From Eledone cirrhosa (Eukaryota), in contig OZ024745.1 in the NCBI GenBank assembly GCA_964016885.1, positions 9,920,001 to 9,984,000 of the forward strand: 64,000 nt of DNA. Reading direction: 5' to 3'. This document shows, piece after piece, positions 1-15,000 of the stretch. Under the pieces are notes generated by a model. That model searched no databases and was not told the DNA's origin. It worked only from the letters and a program-made list of their open reading frames with translations. The position numbers were made by a program, and so were the translations under genes. The first letter of the stretch is position 1, and the number at the start of each line of letters is the position of its first letter.

Positions 1-3000
1 AGTGATCAATAGACTGTAGACATTGAATAGTGATCAATAGACTGTAGACATTGAATAGTGATCAACAGACTGTAGACATTGAATAGTGATCAATAGACTG
101 TAGACATTGAATAGTGATCAATAGACTGTAGACATTGAATAGTGATCAATAGGCTGTAGACTTTGAATAGTGATCAATAGGCTGTAGACATTGAATAGTG
201 ATCAATAGACTGTAGACATTGAATAGTGATCAATAGACTGTAGAGATTGAATAGTGATCAATAGACTGTAGACATTGAATAGTGATCAACAGACTGTAGA
301 CATTGAATAGTGATCAATAGACTGTAGACATTGAATAGTGATCAATAGACTGTAGACATTGAATAGTGATCAACAGACTGTAGACATTGAATAGTGATCA
401 ACAGACTGTAGACATTGAATAGTGATCAATAGACTGTAGACATTGAATAGTGATCAATAGACTGTAGACATTGAATAGTGATCAATAGACTGTAGACATT
501 GAATAGTGATCAATAGACTGAAGACATTGAATAGTGATCAATAGACTGTAGACTTTGAATAGTGATCAATAGGCTGTAGACATTGGATAGTGATCAATAG
601 ACTGTAGACATTGAATAGTGATCAATAGACTGTAGACATTGAATAGTGATCAACAGACTGTAGACATTGAATAGTGATCAATAGACTGTAGACATTGAAT
701 AGTGATCAATAGACTGTAGACATTGAATAGAGATCAATAGGCTGTAGACTTTGAATAGTGATCAATAGGCTGTAGACATTGAATAGTGATCAATAGACTG
801 TAGACATTGAATAGTGATCAATAGACTGTAGACATTCAATAGTGATCAATAGACTGTAGACATTGAATAGTGATCAACAGACTGTAGACATTGAATAGTG
901 ATCAATAGACTGTAGACATTGAATAGTGATCAATAGACTGTAGACATTGAATAGTGATCAACAGACTGTAGACATTGAATAGTGATCAACAGACTGTAGA
1001 CATTGAATAGTGATCAATAGACTGTAGACATTGAATAGTGATCAATAGACTGTAGACATTGAATAGTGATCAATAGACTGTAGACATTGAATAGTGATCA
1101 ATAGACTGTAGACATTGAATAGTGATCAATAGACTGTAGACTTTGAATAGTGATCAATAGGCTGTAGACATTGGATAGTGATCAATAGACTGTAGACATT
1201 GAATAGTGATCAATAGACTGTAGACATTGAATAGCGATCAATAGACTGTAGACATTGAATAGTGATCAATAGACTGTAGACATTGAATAGTAATCAATAG
1301 ACTGTAGACATTGAATAGTGATCAATAGACTGTAGACATTGAATAGTGATCAATAGACTGTAGACATTGAATAGTGATCAACAGACTGTAGACATTGAAT
1401 AGTGATCAATAGACTGTAGACATTGAATAGTGATCAATAGGCTGTAGACTTTGAATAGTGATCAATAGGCTGTAGACATTGAATAGTGATCAATAGACTG
1501 TAGACATTGAATAGTGATCAATAGACTGTAGACATTGAATAGTGATCAATAGACTGTAGACATTGAATAGTGATCAACAGACTGTAGACATTGAATAGTG
1601 ATCAATAGACTGTAGACATTGAATAGTGATCAACAGACTGTAGACATTGAATAGTGATCAACAGACTGAAGACATTGAATAGTGATCAATAGACTGTAGA
1701 CATTGAATAGTGATCAACAGACTGTAGACATTGAATAGTGATCAACAGACTGTAGACATTGAATAGTGATCAATAGACTGTAGACATTGGATAGTGATCA
1801 ATAGACTGTAGACATTGAATAGTGATCAACAGACTGTAGACATTGAATAGTGATCAATAGACTGTAGACATTGAATAGTGATCAATAGACTGTAGACATT
1901 GAATAGTGATCAACAGACTGTAGACATTGGATAGTGATCAACAGACTGTAGACATTGAATAGTGATCAATAGACTGTAGACATTGAATAGTGATCAATAG
2001 ACTGTTGACATTGGATAGTGATCAATAGACTGTAGATATTGAATAGTGATCAATAGACTGTAGACATTGGATAGTGATCAATAGACTGTAGACATTGAAT
2101 AGTGATCAATAGACTGTAGACATTGGATAGTGATCAACAGACTGTAGACATTGAATAGTGATCAATAGACTGTAGACATTGAATAGTGATCAACAGACTG
2201 TAGACATTGAATAGTGATCAATAGACTGAAGACATTGACTAGTGATCAATAGACTGTAGACATTGAATAGTGATCAATAGACTGTAGACATTAAATAGTG
2301 ATCAATAGACTGTAGACATTGAATAGTGATCAATAGACTGTAGACATTGAATAGTGATCAACAGACTGTAGACATTGAATAGTGATCAATAGACTGTAGA
2401 CATTGAATAGTGATCAATAGACTGTAGACATTGAATAGTGATCAATAGGCTGTAGACATTGAATAGTGATCAACAGACTGTAGACATTGAATAGTGATCA
2501 ATAGACTGTAGACATTGGATAGTGATCAATAGACTGTAGACATTGAATAGTGATCAATAGACTGTAGACATTGAATAGTGATCAATAGACTGTAGACATT
2601 GAATAGTGATCAATAGACTGTAGACATTGAATAGTGATCAATAGACTGTAGACATTGAATAGTGATCAACAGACTGTAGACATTGAATAGTGATCAACAG
2701 ACTGTAGACATTGAATAGTGATCAATAGACTGTAGACATTGAATAGGGATCAATAGACTGTAGACATTGAATAGTGATCAATAGACTGTAGACATTGAAT
2801 AGTGATCAATAGACTGAAGACATTGAATAGTGATCAATAGACTGTAGATATTGAATAGTGATCAATAGACTGTAGACATTGATTAGTGACCAATAGACTG
2901 TAGACATTGAATAGTGATCAATAGACTGTAGACATTGAATAGTGATCAACAGACTGTAGACATTGAATAGTGATCAACAGACTGAAGACATTGAATAGTG

Positions 3001-6000
3001 ATCAATAGACTGTAGACATTGAATAGTGATCAATAGACTGTAGACATTGAATAGTGATCAACAGACTGTAGACATTGAATAGTGATCAACAGACTGTAGA
3101 CATTGAATAGTGATCGATAGACTGTAGACATTGGATAGTGATCAATAGACTGTACACATTGAATAGTGATCAACAGACTGTAGACATTGAATAGTGATCA
3201 ATAGACTGTAGACATTGAATAGTGATCAATAGACTGTAGACAATGAATAGTGATCAATAGACTGTAGACATTGGATAGTGATCAACAGACTGTAGACATT
3301 GAATAGTGATCAATAGACTGTAGACATTGAATAGTGATCAATAGACTGTAGACATTGAATAGTGATCAATAGACTGTAGACATTGGATAGTGATCAATAG
3401 ACTGTAGACATTGGATAGTGATCAATAGACTGTAGACATTGAATAGTGATCAATAGACTGTAGACATTGAATAGTGATCAACAGACTGAAGACATTGAAT
3501 AGTGATCAATAGACTGTAGACATTGAATAGTGATCAATAGACTGAAGACATTGAATAGTGATCAATAGACTGTAGACATTGAATAGTGATCAATAGACTG
3601 AAGACATTGAATAGTAATCAATAGACTGTAGACATTGAATAGTGATCAATAGACTGAAGACATTGAATAGTAATCAATAGACTGTAGACATTGAATAGTG
3701 ATCAATAGACTGAAGACATTCAATAGTAATCAATAGACTGTAGACATTGGATAGTGATCAATAGACTGAAGACATTGGATAGTAATCAATAGACTGTAGA
3801 CATTGGATAGTGATCAATAGAATGTAGACATTGAATAGTGATCAATAGACTGAAGACATTGAATAGTGATCAATAGACTGAAGACATTGAATAGTGATCA
3901 ATAGACTGAAGACATTGAATAGTGATCAATAGACTGTAGACATTGAATAGTGATCAATAGACTGTAGACATTGAATAGTGATGAATAGACTGTAGACATT
4001 GAATAGTGATCAATAGACTGTAGACATTGAATAGTGATCAACAGACTGTAGACATTGAATAGTGATCAATAGACTGAAGACATTGAATAGTGATCAATAG
4101 ACTGTAGACATTGAATAGTGATCAATAGACTGTAGACATTGGATAGTGATCAATAGACTGTAGACATTGAATAGTGATAAATAGACTGAAGACATTGGAT
4201 AGTGATCAATAGACTGTAGACATTGAATAGTGATCAATAGACTGAAGACATTGAATAGTAATCAATAGACTGAAGACATTGAATAGTGATCAATAGACTG
4301 TAGACATTGAATAGTGATCAATAGACTGTAGACATTGAATAGTGATCAACAGACTGTAGACATTGAATAGTGATCAACAGACTGAAGACATTGAATAGTG
4401 ATCAATAGACTGTAGACATTGAATAGTGATCAATAGACTGTAGACATTGAATAGTGATCAACAGACTGTAGACATTGAATAGTGATCAACAGACTGTAGA
4501 CATTGAATAGTGATCAATAGACTGTAGACATTGGATAGTGATCAATAGACTGTACACATTGAATAGTGATCAACAGACTGTAGACATTGAATAGTGATCA
4601 ATAGACTGTAGACATTGAATAGTGATCAATAGACTGTAGACAATGAATAGTGATCAATAGACTGTAGACATTGGATAGTGATCAACAGACTGTAGACATT
4701 GAATAGTGATCAATAGACTGTAGACATTGAATAGTGATCAATAGACTGTAGACATTGAATAGTGATCAATAGACTGTAGACATTGGATAGTGATCAATAG
4801 ACTGTAGACATTGGATAGTGATCAATAGACTGTAGACATTGAATAGTGATCAATAGACTGTAGACATTGAATAGTGATCAACAGACTGAAGACATTGAAT
4901 AGTGATCAATAGACTGTAGACATTGAATAGTGATCAATAGACTGAAGACATTGAATAGTGATCAATAGACTGTAGACATTGAATAGTGATCAATAGACTG
5001 AAGACATTGAATAGTAATCAATAGACTGTAGACATTGAATAGTGATCAATAGACTGAAGACATTGAATAGTGATCAATAGACTGTAGACATTGAATAGTG
5101 ATCAATAGACTGAAGACATTCAATAGTAATCAATAGACTGTAGACATTGGATAGTGATCAATAGACTGAAGACATTGGATAGTAATCAATAGACTGTAGA
5201 CATTGGATAGTGATCAATAGACTGTAGACATTGAATAGTGATCAATAGACTGAAGACATTGAATAGTGATCAATAGACTGAAGACATTGAATAGTGATCA
5301 ATAGACTGAAGACATTGAATAGTGATCAATAGACTGTAGACATTGAATAGTGATCAATAGACTGTAGACATTGAATAGTGATGAATAGACTGTAGACATT
5401 GAATAGTGATCAATAGACTGTAGACATTGAATAGTGATCAACAGACTGTAGACATTGAATAGTGATCAATAGACTGAAGACATTGAATAGTGATCAATAG
5501 ACTGTAGACATTGAATAGTGATCAATAGACTGTAGACATTGGATAGTGATCAATAGACTGTAGACATTGAATAGTGATAAATAGACTGAAGACATTGGAT
5601 AGTGATCAATAGACTGTAGACATTGAATAGTGATCAATAGACTGAAGACATTGAATAGTAATCAATAGACTGAAGACATTGAATAGTGATCAATAGACTG
5701 TAGACATTGAATAGTGATCAATAGACTGTAGACATTGAATAGTGATCAATAGACTGTAGACATTGAATAGTGATCAATAGACTGTAGACATTGGATAGTG
5801 ATCAATAGACTGTAGACATTGAATAGTGATCAATAGACTGAAGACATTGAATAGTGATCAATAGACTGTAGACATTGAATAGTGATCAATAGACTGTAGA
5901 CATTGAATAGTAATCAATAGACTGAAGACATTGAATAGTGATCAATAGACTGAAGACATTGAATAGTGATCAATAGGCTGAAGACATTGAATAGTGATCA

Positions 6001-9000
6001 ATAGACTGTAGACATTAAATAGCGATCAATAGACTGTAGACATTGAATAGTGATCAATAGACTGAAGACATTGAATAGTGATCAATAGACTGTAGACATT
6101 GAATAGTGATCAATAGACTGTAGACATTGAATAGTAATCAATAGACTGAAGACATTGAATAGTGATCAATAGACTGTAGACATTGAATAGTGATCAATAG
6201 ACTGTAGACATTGAATAGTGATCAATAGACTGTAGACATTGAATAGTGATCAATAGACTGTAGACATTGGATAGTGATCAATAGACTGTAGACATTGAAT
6301 AGTGATCAATAGACTGAAGACATTGAATAGTGATCAATAGACTGTAAACATTGAATAGTGATCAATAGACTGTAGACATTGAATAGTAATCAATAGACTG
6401 AAGACATTGAATAGTGATCAATAGACTGAAGACATTGAATAGTGATCAATAGACTGAAGACATTGAATAGTGATCAATAGACTGTAGATATTGAATAGTG
6501 ATCAATAGACTGTAGACATTGAATAGTAATCAATAGACTGAAGACATTGAATAGTGATCAATAGACTGAAGACATTGAATAGTGATCAATAGACTGTAGA
6601 CATTGAATAGTAATCAATAGACTGAAGACATTGAATAGTGATCAATAGACTGTAGACATTGAATAGTGATCAATAGACTGTAGACATTGAATAGTGATCA
6701 ATAGACTGTAGACATTAAATAGCGATCAATAGACTGTAGACATTGAATAGTGATCAATAGACTGAAGACATTGAATAGTGATCAATAGACTGTAGACATT
6801 GAATAGTGATCAATAGACTGTAGACATTAAATAGCGATCAATAGACTGTAGACATTGAATAGTGATCAATAGGCTGTAGACATTGGATAGTGATCAATAG
6901 ACTGTAGACATTGAATAGTGATCAATAGACTGTAGACATTGAATAGTGATCAACAGACTGTAGACATTGAATAGTGATCAATAGACTGTAGACATTGAAT
7001 AGTGATCAATAGACTGTAGACATTGAATAGTGATCAATAGACTGTAGACATTGAATAGTGATCAATAGGCTGTAGACTTTGAATAGTGATCAATAGGCTG
7101 TAGACATTGAATAGTGATCAATAGACTGTAGACATTGAATAGTGATCAATAGACTGTAGACATTGAATAGTGATCAATAGACTGTAGACATTGAATAGTG
7201 ATCAACAGACTGTAGACATTGAATAGTGATCAATAGACTGTAGACATTGAATAGTGATCAATAGACTGTAGACATTGAATAGAGATCAACAGACTGTAGA
7301 CATTGAATAGTGATCAACAGACTGTAGACATTGAATAGTAATCAATAGACTGAAGACATTGAATAGTGATCAATAGGCTGAAGACATTGAATAGTGATCA
7401 ATAGACTGTAGACATTAAATAGCGATCAATAGACTGTAGACATTGAATAGTGATCAATAGACTGAAGACATTGAATAGTGATCAATAGACTGTAGACATT
7501 GAATAGTGATCAATAGACTGTAGACATTGAATAGTAATCAATAGACTGAAGACATTGAATAGTGATCAATAGACTGTAGACATTGAATAGTGATCAATAG
7601 ACTGTAGACATTGAATAGTGATCAATAGACTGTAGACATTGAATAGTGATCAATAGACTGTAGACATTGGATAGTGATCAATAGACTGTAGACATTGAAT
7701 AGTGATCAATAGACTGAAGACATTGAATAGTGATCAATAGACTGTAGACATTGAATAGTGATCAATAGACTGTAGACATTGAATAGTAATCAATAGACTG
7801 AAGACATTGAATAGTGATCAATAGACTGAAGACATTGAATAGTGATCAATAGGCTGAAGACATTGAATAGTGATCAATAGACTGTAGATATTGAATAGTG
7901 ATCAATAGACTGTAGACATTGAATAGTAATCAATAGACTGAAGACATTGAATAGTGATCAATAGACTGAAGACATTGAATAGTGATTAATAGACTGTAGA
8001 CATTGAATAGTAATCAATAGACTGAAGACATTGAATAGTGATCAATAGACTGTAGACAGTGAATAGTGATCAATAGACTGTAGACATTGAATAGTGATCA
8101 ATAGACTGTAGACATTAAATAGCGATCAATAGACTGTAGACATTGAATAGTGATCAATAGGCTGTAGACATTGGATAGTGATCAATAGACTGTAGACATT
8201 GAATAGTGATCAATAGACTGTAGACATTGAATAGTGATCAACAGACTGTAGACATTGAATAGTGATCAATAGACTGTAGACATTGAATAGTGATCAATAG
8301 ACTGTAGACATTGAATAGTGATCAATAGGCTGTAGACTTTGAATAGTGATCAATAGGCTGTAGACATTGAATAGTGATCAATAGACTGTAGACATTGAAT
8401 AGTGATCAATAGACTGTAGACATTGAATAGTGATCAATAGACTGTAGACATTGAATAGTGATCAACAGACTGTAGACATTGAATAGTGATCAATAGACTG
8501 TAGACATTGAATAGTGATCAATAGACTGTAGACATTGAATAGTGATCAACAGACTGTAGACATTGAATAGTGATCAACAGACTGTAGACATTGAATAGTG
8601 ATCAATAGACTGTAGACATTGAATAGTGATCAATAGACTGTAGACATTGAATAGTGATCAATAGACTGTAGACATTGAATAGTGATCAATAGACTGTAGA
8701 CATTGAATAGTGATCAATAGACTGTAGACTTTGAATAGTGATCAATAGGCTGTAGACATTGGATAGTGATCAATAGACTGTAGACATTGAATAGTGATCA
8801 ATAGACTGTAGACATTGAATAGCGATCAATAGACTGTAGACATTGAATAGTGATCAATAGACTGTAGACATTGAATAGTAATCAATAGACTGTAGACATT
8901 GAATAGTGATCAATAGACTGTAGACATTGAATAGTGATCAATAGACTGTAGACATTGAATAGTGATCAACAGACTGTAGACATTGAATAGTGATCAATAG

Positions 9001-12000
9001 ACTGTAGACATTGAATAGTGATCAATAGACTGTAGACATTGAATAGTGATCAATAGACTGTAGACATTGAATAGTGATCAATAGACTGTAGACATTGAAT
9101 AGTGATCAACAGACTGTAGACATTGGATAGTGATCAACAGACTGTAGACATTGAATAGTGATCAATAGACTGTAGACATTGAATAGTGATCAATAGACTG
9201 TTGACATTGGATAGTGATCAATAGACTGTAGATATTGAATAGTGATCAATAGACTGTAGACATTGGATAGTGATCAATAGACTGTAGACATTGAATAGTG
9301 ATCAATAGACTGTAGACATTGGATAGTGATCAACAGACTGTAGACATTGAATAGTGATCAATAGACTGTAGACATTGAATAGTGATCAACAGACTGTAGA
9401 CATTGAATAGTGATCAATAGACTGAAGACATTGAATAGTGATCAATAGACTGTAGACATTGAATAGTGATCAATAGACTGTAGACATTAAATAGTGATCA
9501 ATAGACTGTAGACATTGAATAGTGATCAATAGACTGTAGACATTGAATAGTGATCAATAGACTGTAGACATTGAATAGTGATCAACAGACTGTAGACATT
9601 GAATAGTGATCAATAGACTGTAGACATTGAATAGTGATCAATAGACTGTAGACATTGAATAGTGATCAATAGGCTGTAGACATTGAATAGTGATCAACAG
9701 ACTGTAGACATTGAATAGTGATCAATAGACTGTAGACATTGGATAGTGATCAATAGACTGTAGACATTGAATAGTGATCAATAGACTGTAGACATTGAAT
9801 AGTGATCAATAGACTGTAGACATTGAATAGTGATCAATAGACTGTAGACATTGAATAGTGATCAATAGACTGTAGACATTGAATAGTGATCAACAGACTG
9901 TAGACATTGAATAGTGATCAACAGACTGTAGACATTGAATAGTGATCAATAGACTGTAGACATTGAATAGGGATCAATAGACTGTAGACATTGAATAGTG
10001 ATCAATAGACTGTAGACATTGAATAGTGATCAATAGACTGAAGACATTGAATAGTGATCAATAGACTGTAGACATTGAATAGTGATCAATAGACTGTAGA
10101 CATTGATTACTGACCAATAGACTGTAGACATTGAATAGTGATCAATAGACTGTAGACATTGAATAGTGATCAACAGACTGTAGACATTGAATAGTGATCA
10201 ACAGACTGAAGACATTGAATAGTGATCAATAGACTGTAGACATTGAATAGTGATCAATAGACTGTAGACATTGAATAGTGATCAACAGACTGTAGACATT
10301 GAATAGTGATCAACAGACTGTAGACATTGAATAGTGATCAATAGACTGTAGACATTGGATAGTGATCAATAGACTGTACACATTGAATAGTGATCAACAG
10401 ACTGTAGACATTGAATAGTGATCAATAGACTGTAGACATTGAATAGTGATCAATAGACTGTAGACAATGAATAGTGATCAATAGACTGTAGACATTGGAT
10501 AGTGATCAACAGACTGTAGACATTGAATAGTGATCAATAGACTGTAGACATTGAATAGTGATCAATAGACTGTAGACATTGAATAGTGATCAATAGACTG
10601 TAGACATTGGATAGTGATCAATAGACTGTAGACATTGGATAGTGATCAATAGACTGTAGACATTGAATAGTGATCAATAGACTGTAGACATTGAATAGTG
10701 ATCAACAGACTGAAGACATTGAATAGTGATCAATAGACTGTAGACATTGAATAGTGATCAATAGACTGAAGACATTGAATAGTGATCAATAGACTGTAGA
10801 CATTGAATAGTGATCAATAGACTGAAGACATTGAATAGTAATCAATAGACTGTAGACATTGAATAGTGATCAATAGACTGAAGACATTGAATAGTAATCA
10901 ATAGACTGTAGACATTGAATAGTGATCAATAGACTGAAGACATTCAATAGTAATCAATAGACTGTAGACATTGGATAGTGATCAATAGACTGAAGACATT
11001 GGATAGTAATCAATAGACTGTAGACATTGGATAGTAATCAATAGACTGTAGACATTGAATAGTGATCAATAGACTGAAGACATTGAATAGTGATCAATAG
11101 ACTGAAGACATTGAATAGTGATCAATAGACTGTAGACATTGAATAGTGATCAATAGACTGTAGACATTGAATAGTGATCAATAGACTGTAGACATTGAAT
11201 AGTGATCAATAGACTGTAGACATTGAATAGTGATCAACAGACTGTAGACATTGAATAGTGATCAATAGACTGAAGACATTGAATAGTGATCAATAGACTG
11301 TAGACATTGAATAGTGATCAATAGACTGTAGACATTGGATAGTGATCAATAGACTGTAGACATTGAATAGTGATCAATAGACTGAAGACATTGGATAGTG
11401 ATCAATAGACTGTAGACATTGAATAGTGATCAATAGACTGAAGACATTGAATAGTAATCAATAGACTGAAGACATTGAATAGTGATCAATAGACTGTAGA
11501 CATTGAATAGTGATCAATAGACTGTAGACATTGAATAGTGATCAATAGACTGTAGACATTGAATAGTGATCAATAGACTGTAGACATTGGATAGTGATCA
11601 ATAGACTGTAGACATTGAATAGTGATCAATAGACTGAAGACATTGAATAGTGATCAATAGACTGTAGACATTGAATAGTGATCAATAGACTGTAGACATT
11701 GAATAGTAATCAATAGACTGAAGACATTGAATAGTGATCAATAGACTGAAGACATTGAATAGTGATCAATAGGCTGAAGACATTGAATAGTGATCAATAG
11801 ACTGTAGACATTAAATAGCGATCAATAGACTGTAGACATTGAATAGTGATCAATAGACTGAAGACATTGAATAGTGATCAATAGACTGTAGACATTGAAT
11901 AGTGATCAATAGACTGTAGACATTGAATAGTAATCAATAGACTGAAGACATTGAATAGTGATCAATAGACTGTAGACATTGAATAGTGATCAATAGACTG

Positions 12001-15000
12001 TAGACATTGAATAGTGATCAATAGACTGTAGACATTGAATAGTGATCAATAGACTGTAGACATTGGATAGTGATCAATAGACTGTAGACATTGAATAGTG
12101 ATCAATAGACTGAAGACATTGAATAGTGATCAATAGACTGTAGACATTGAATAGTGATCAATAGACTGTAGACATTGAATAGTAATCAATAGACTGAAGA
12201 CATTGAATAGTGATCAATAGACTGAAGACATTGAATAGTGATCAATAGGCTGAAGACATTGAATAGTGATCAATAGACTGTAGATATTGAATAGTGATCA
12301 ATAGACTGTAGACATTGAATAGTAATCAATAGACTGAAGACATTGAATAGTGATCAATAGACTGAAGACATTGAATAGTGATCAATAGACTGTAGACATT
12401 GAATAGTGATCAATAGACTGTAGACATTAAATAGCGATCAATAGACTGTAGACATTGAATAGTGATCAGTAGACTGAAGACATTGAATAGTGATCAATAG
12501 ACTGTAGACATTGAATAGTGATCAATAGACTGTAGACATTGAATAGTGATCAATAGACTGTAGACATTAAATAGCGATCAATAGACTGTAGACATTGAAT
12601 AGTGATCAATAGACTGAAGACATTGAATAGTGATCAATAGACTGTAGACATTGAATAGTGATCAATAGACTGTAGACATTGAATAGTGATCAATAGACTG
12701 TAGACATTAAATAGCGATCAATAGACTGTAGACATTGAACAGTGATCAATAGACTGAAGACATTGAATAGTGATCAATAGACTGTAGACATTGAATAGTG
12801 ATCAATAGACTGTAGACATTGAATAGTGATCAATAGACTGTAGACATTGAATAGTGATCAATAGACTGAAGACATTGAATAGTGATCAACAGACTGTAGA
12901 CATTGAATAGTGATCAATAGACTGAAGACATTGAATAGTGATCAATAGACTGTAGACATTGAATAGTGATCAATAGACTGAAGACATTCAATAGTAATCA
13001 ATAGACTGTAGACATTGAATAGTGATCAACAGACTGTAGACATTGAATAGTGATCAACAGACTGTAGACATTGAATAGTGATCAATAGACTGTAGACATT
13101 GAATAGTGATCAATAGACTGAAGACATTGAATAGTGATCAATAGACTGTAGAGATTGAATAGTGATTAACAGACAGTAGACATTGAATAGTGATCAATAG
13201 ACTGTAGACATTGAATAGTGATCAATAGACTGTAGACATTGAATAGTGATCAATAGACTGAAGACATTGAATAGTGATCAATAGACTGTAGACTTTGAAT
13301 AGTGATCAATAGACTGAAGACATTGAATAGTAATCAATAGACTGTAGACATTGAATAGTGATCAACAGACTGAAGAAATTGAATAGTGATCAATAGACTG
13401 TAGACATTGAATAGTGATCAATAGACTGAAGACATTGAATAGTAATCAATAGACTGTAGACATTGAATAGTGATCAATAGAGTGAAGACATTGAATAGTA
13501 ATCAATAGACTGTAGACATTGAATAGTGATCAATAGACTGAAGACATTCAATAGTAATCAATAGACTGTAGACATTGGATAGTGATCAATAGACTGAAGA
13601 CATTGGATAGTAATCAATAGACTGTAGACATTGGATAGTGATCAATAGACTGTAGACATTGAATAGTGATCAATAGACTGAAGACATTGAATAGTGATCA
13701 ATAGACTGAAGACATTGAATAGTGATCAATAGACTGTAGACATTGAATAGTGATCAATAGACTGTAGACATTGAATAGTGATCAATAGACTGTAGACATT
13801 GAATAGTGATCAATAGACTGTAGACATTGAATAGTGATCAACAGACTGTAGACATTGAATAGTGATCAATAGACTGTAGACATTGAATAGTGATCAATAG
13901 ACTGTAGACATTGAATAGTGATCAATAGACTGTAGACATTGGATAGTGATCAATAGACTGTAGACATTGAATAGTGATCAATAGACTGAAGACATTGGAT
14001 AGTGATCAATAGACTGTAGACATTGAATAGTGATCAATAGACTGAAGACATTGAATAGTAATCAATAGACTGAAGACATTGAATAGTGATCAATAGACTG
14101 TAGACATTGAATAGTGATCAATAGACTGTAGACATTGAATAGTGATCAATAGACTGTAGACATTGAATAGTGATCAATAGACTGTAGACATTGAATAGTG
14201 ATCAATAGACTGTAGACATTGGATAGTGATCAATAGACTGTAGACATTGAATAGTGATCAATAGACTGAAGACATTGAATAGTGATCAATAGACTGTAGA
14301 CATTGAATAGTGATCAATAGACTGTAGACATTGAATAGTAATCAATAGACTGAAGACATTGAATAGTGATCAATAGACTGAAGACATTGAATAGTGATCA
14401 ATAGGCTGAAGACATTGAATAGTGATCAATAGACTGTAGACATTGAATAGTGATCAATAGACTGTAGACATTGAATAGTAATCAATAGACTGAAGACATT
14501 GAATAGTGATCAATAGACTGAAGACATTGAATAGTGATCAATAGACTGTAGACATTGAATAGTAATCAATAGACTGAAGACATTGAATAGTGATCAATAG
14601 ACTGTAGACATTGAATAGTGATCAATAGACTGTAGACATTGAATAGTGATCAATAGACTGTAGACATTAAATAGCGATCAATAGACTGTAGACATTGAAT
14701 AGTGATCAATAGACTGAAGACATTGAATAGTGATCAATAGACTGTAGACATTGAATAGTGATCAATAGACTGTAGACATTGAATAGTAATCAATAGACTG
14801 AAGACATTGAATAGTGATCAATAGACTGTAGACATTGAATAGTGATCAATAGACTGTAGACATTGAATAGTGATCAATAGACTGTAGACATTGAATAGTG
14901 ATCAATAGACTGTAGACATTGGATAGTGATCAATAGACTGTAGACATTGAATAGTGATCAATAGACTGAAGACATTGAATAGTGATCAATAGACTGTAGA

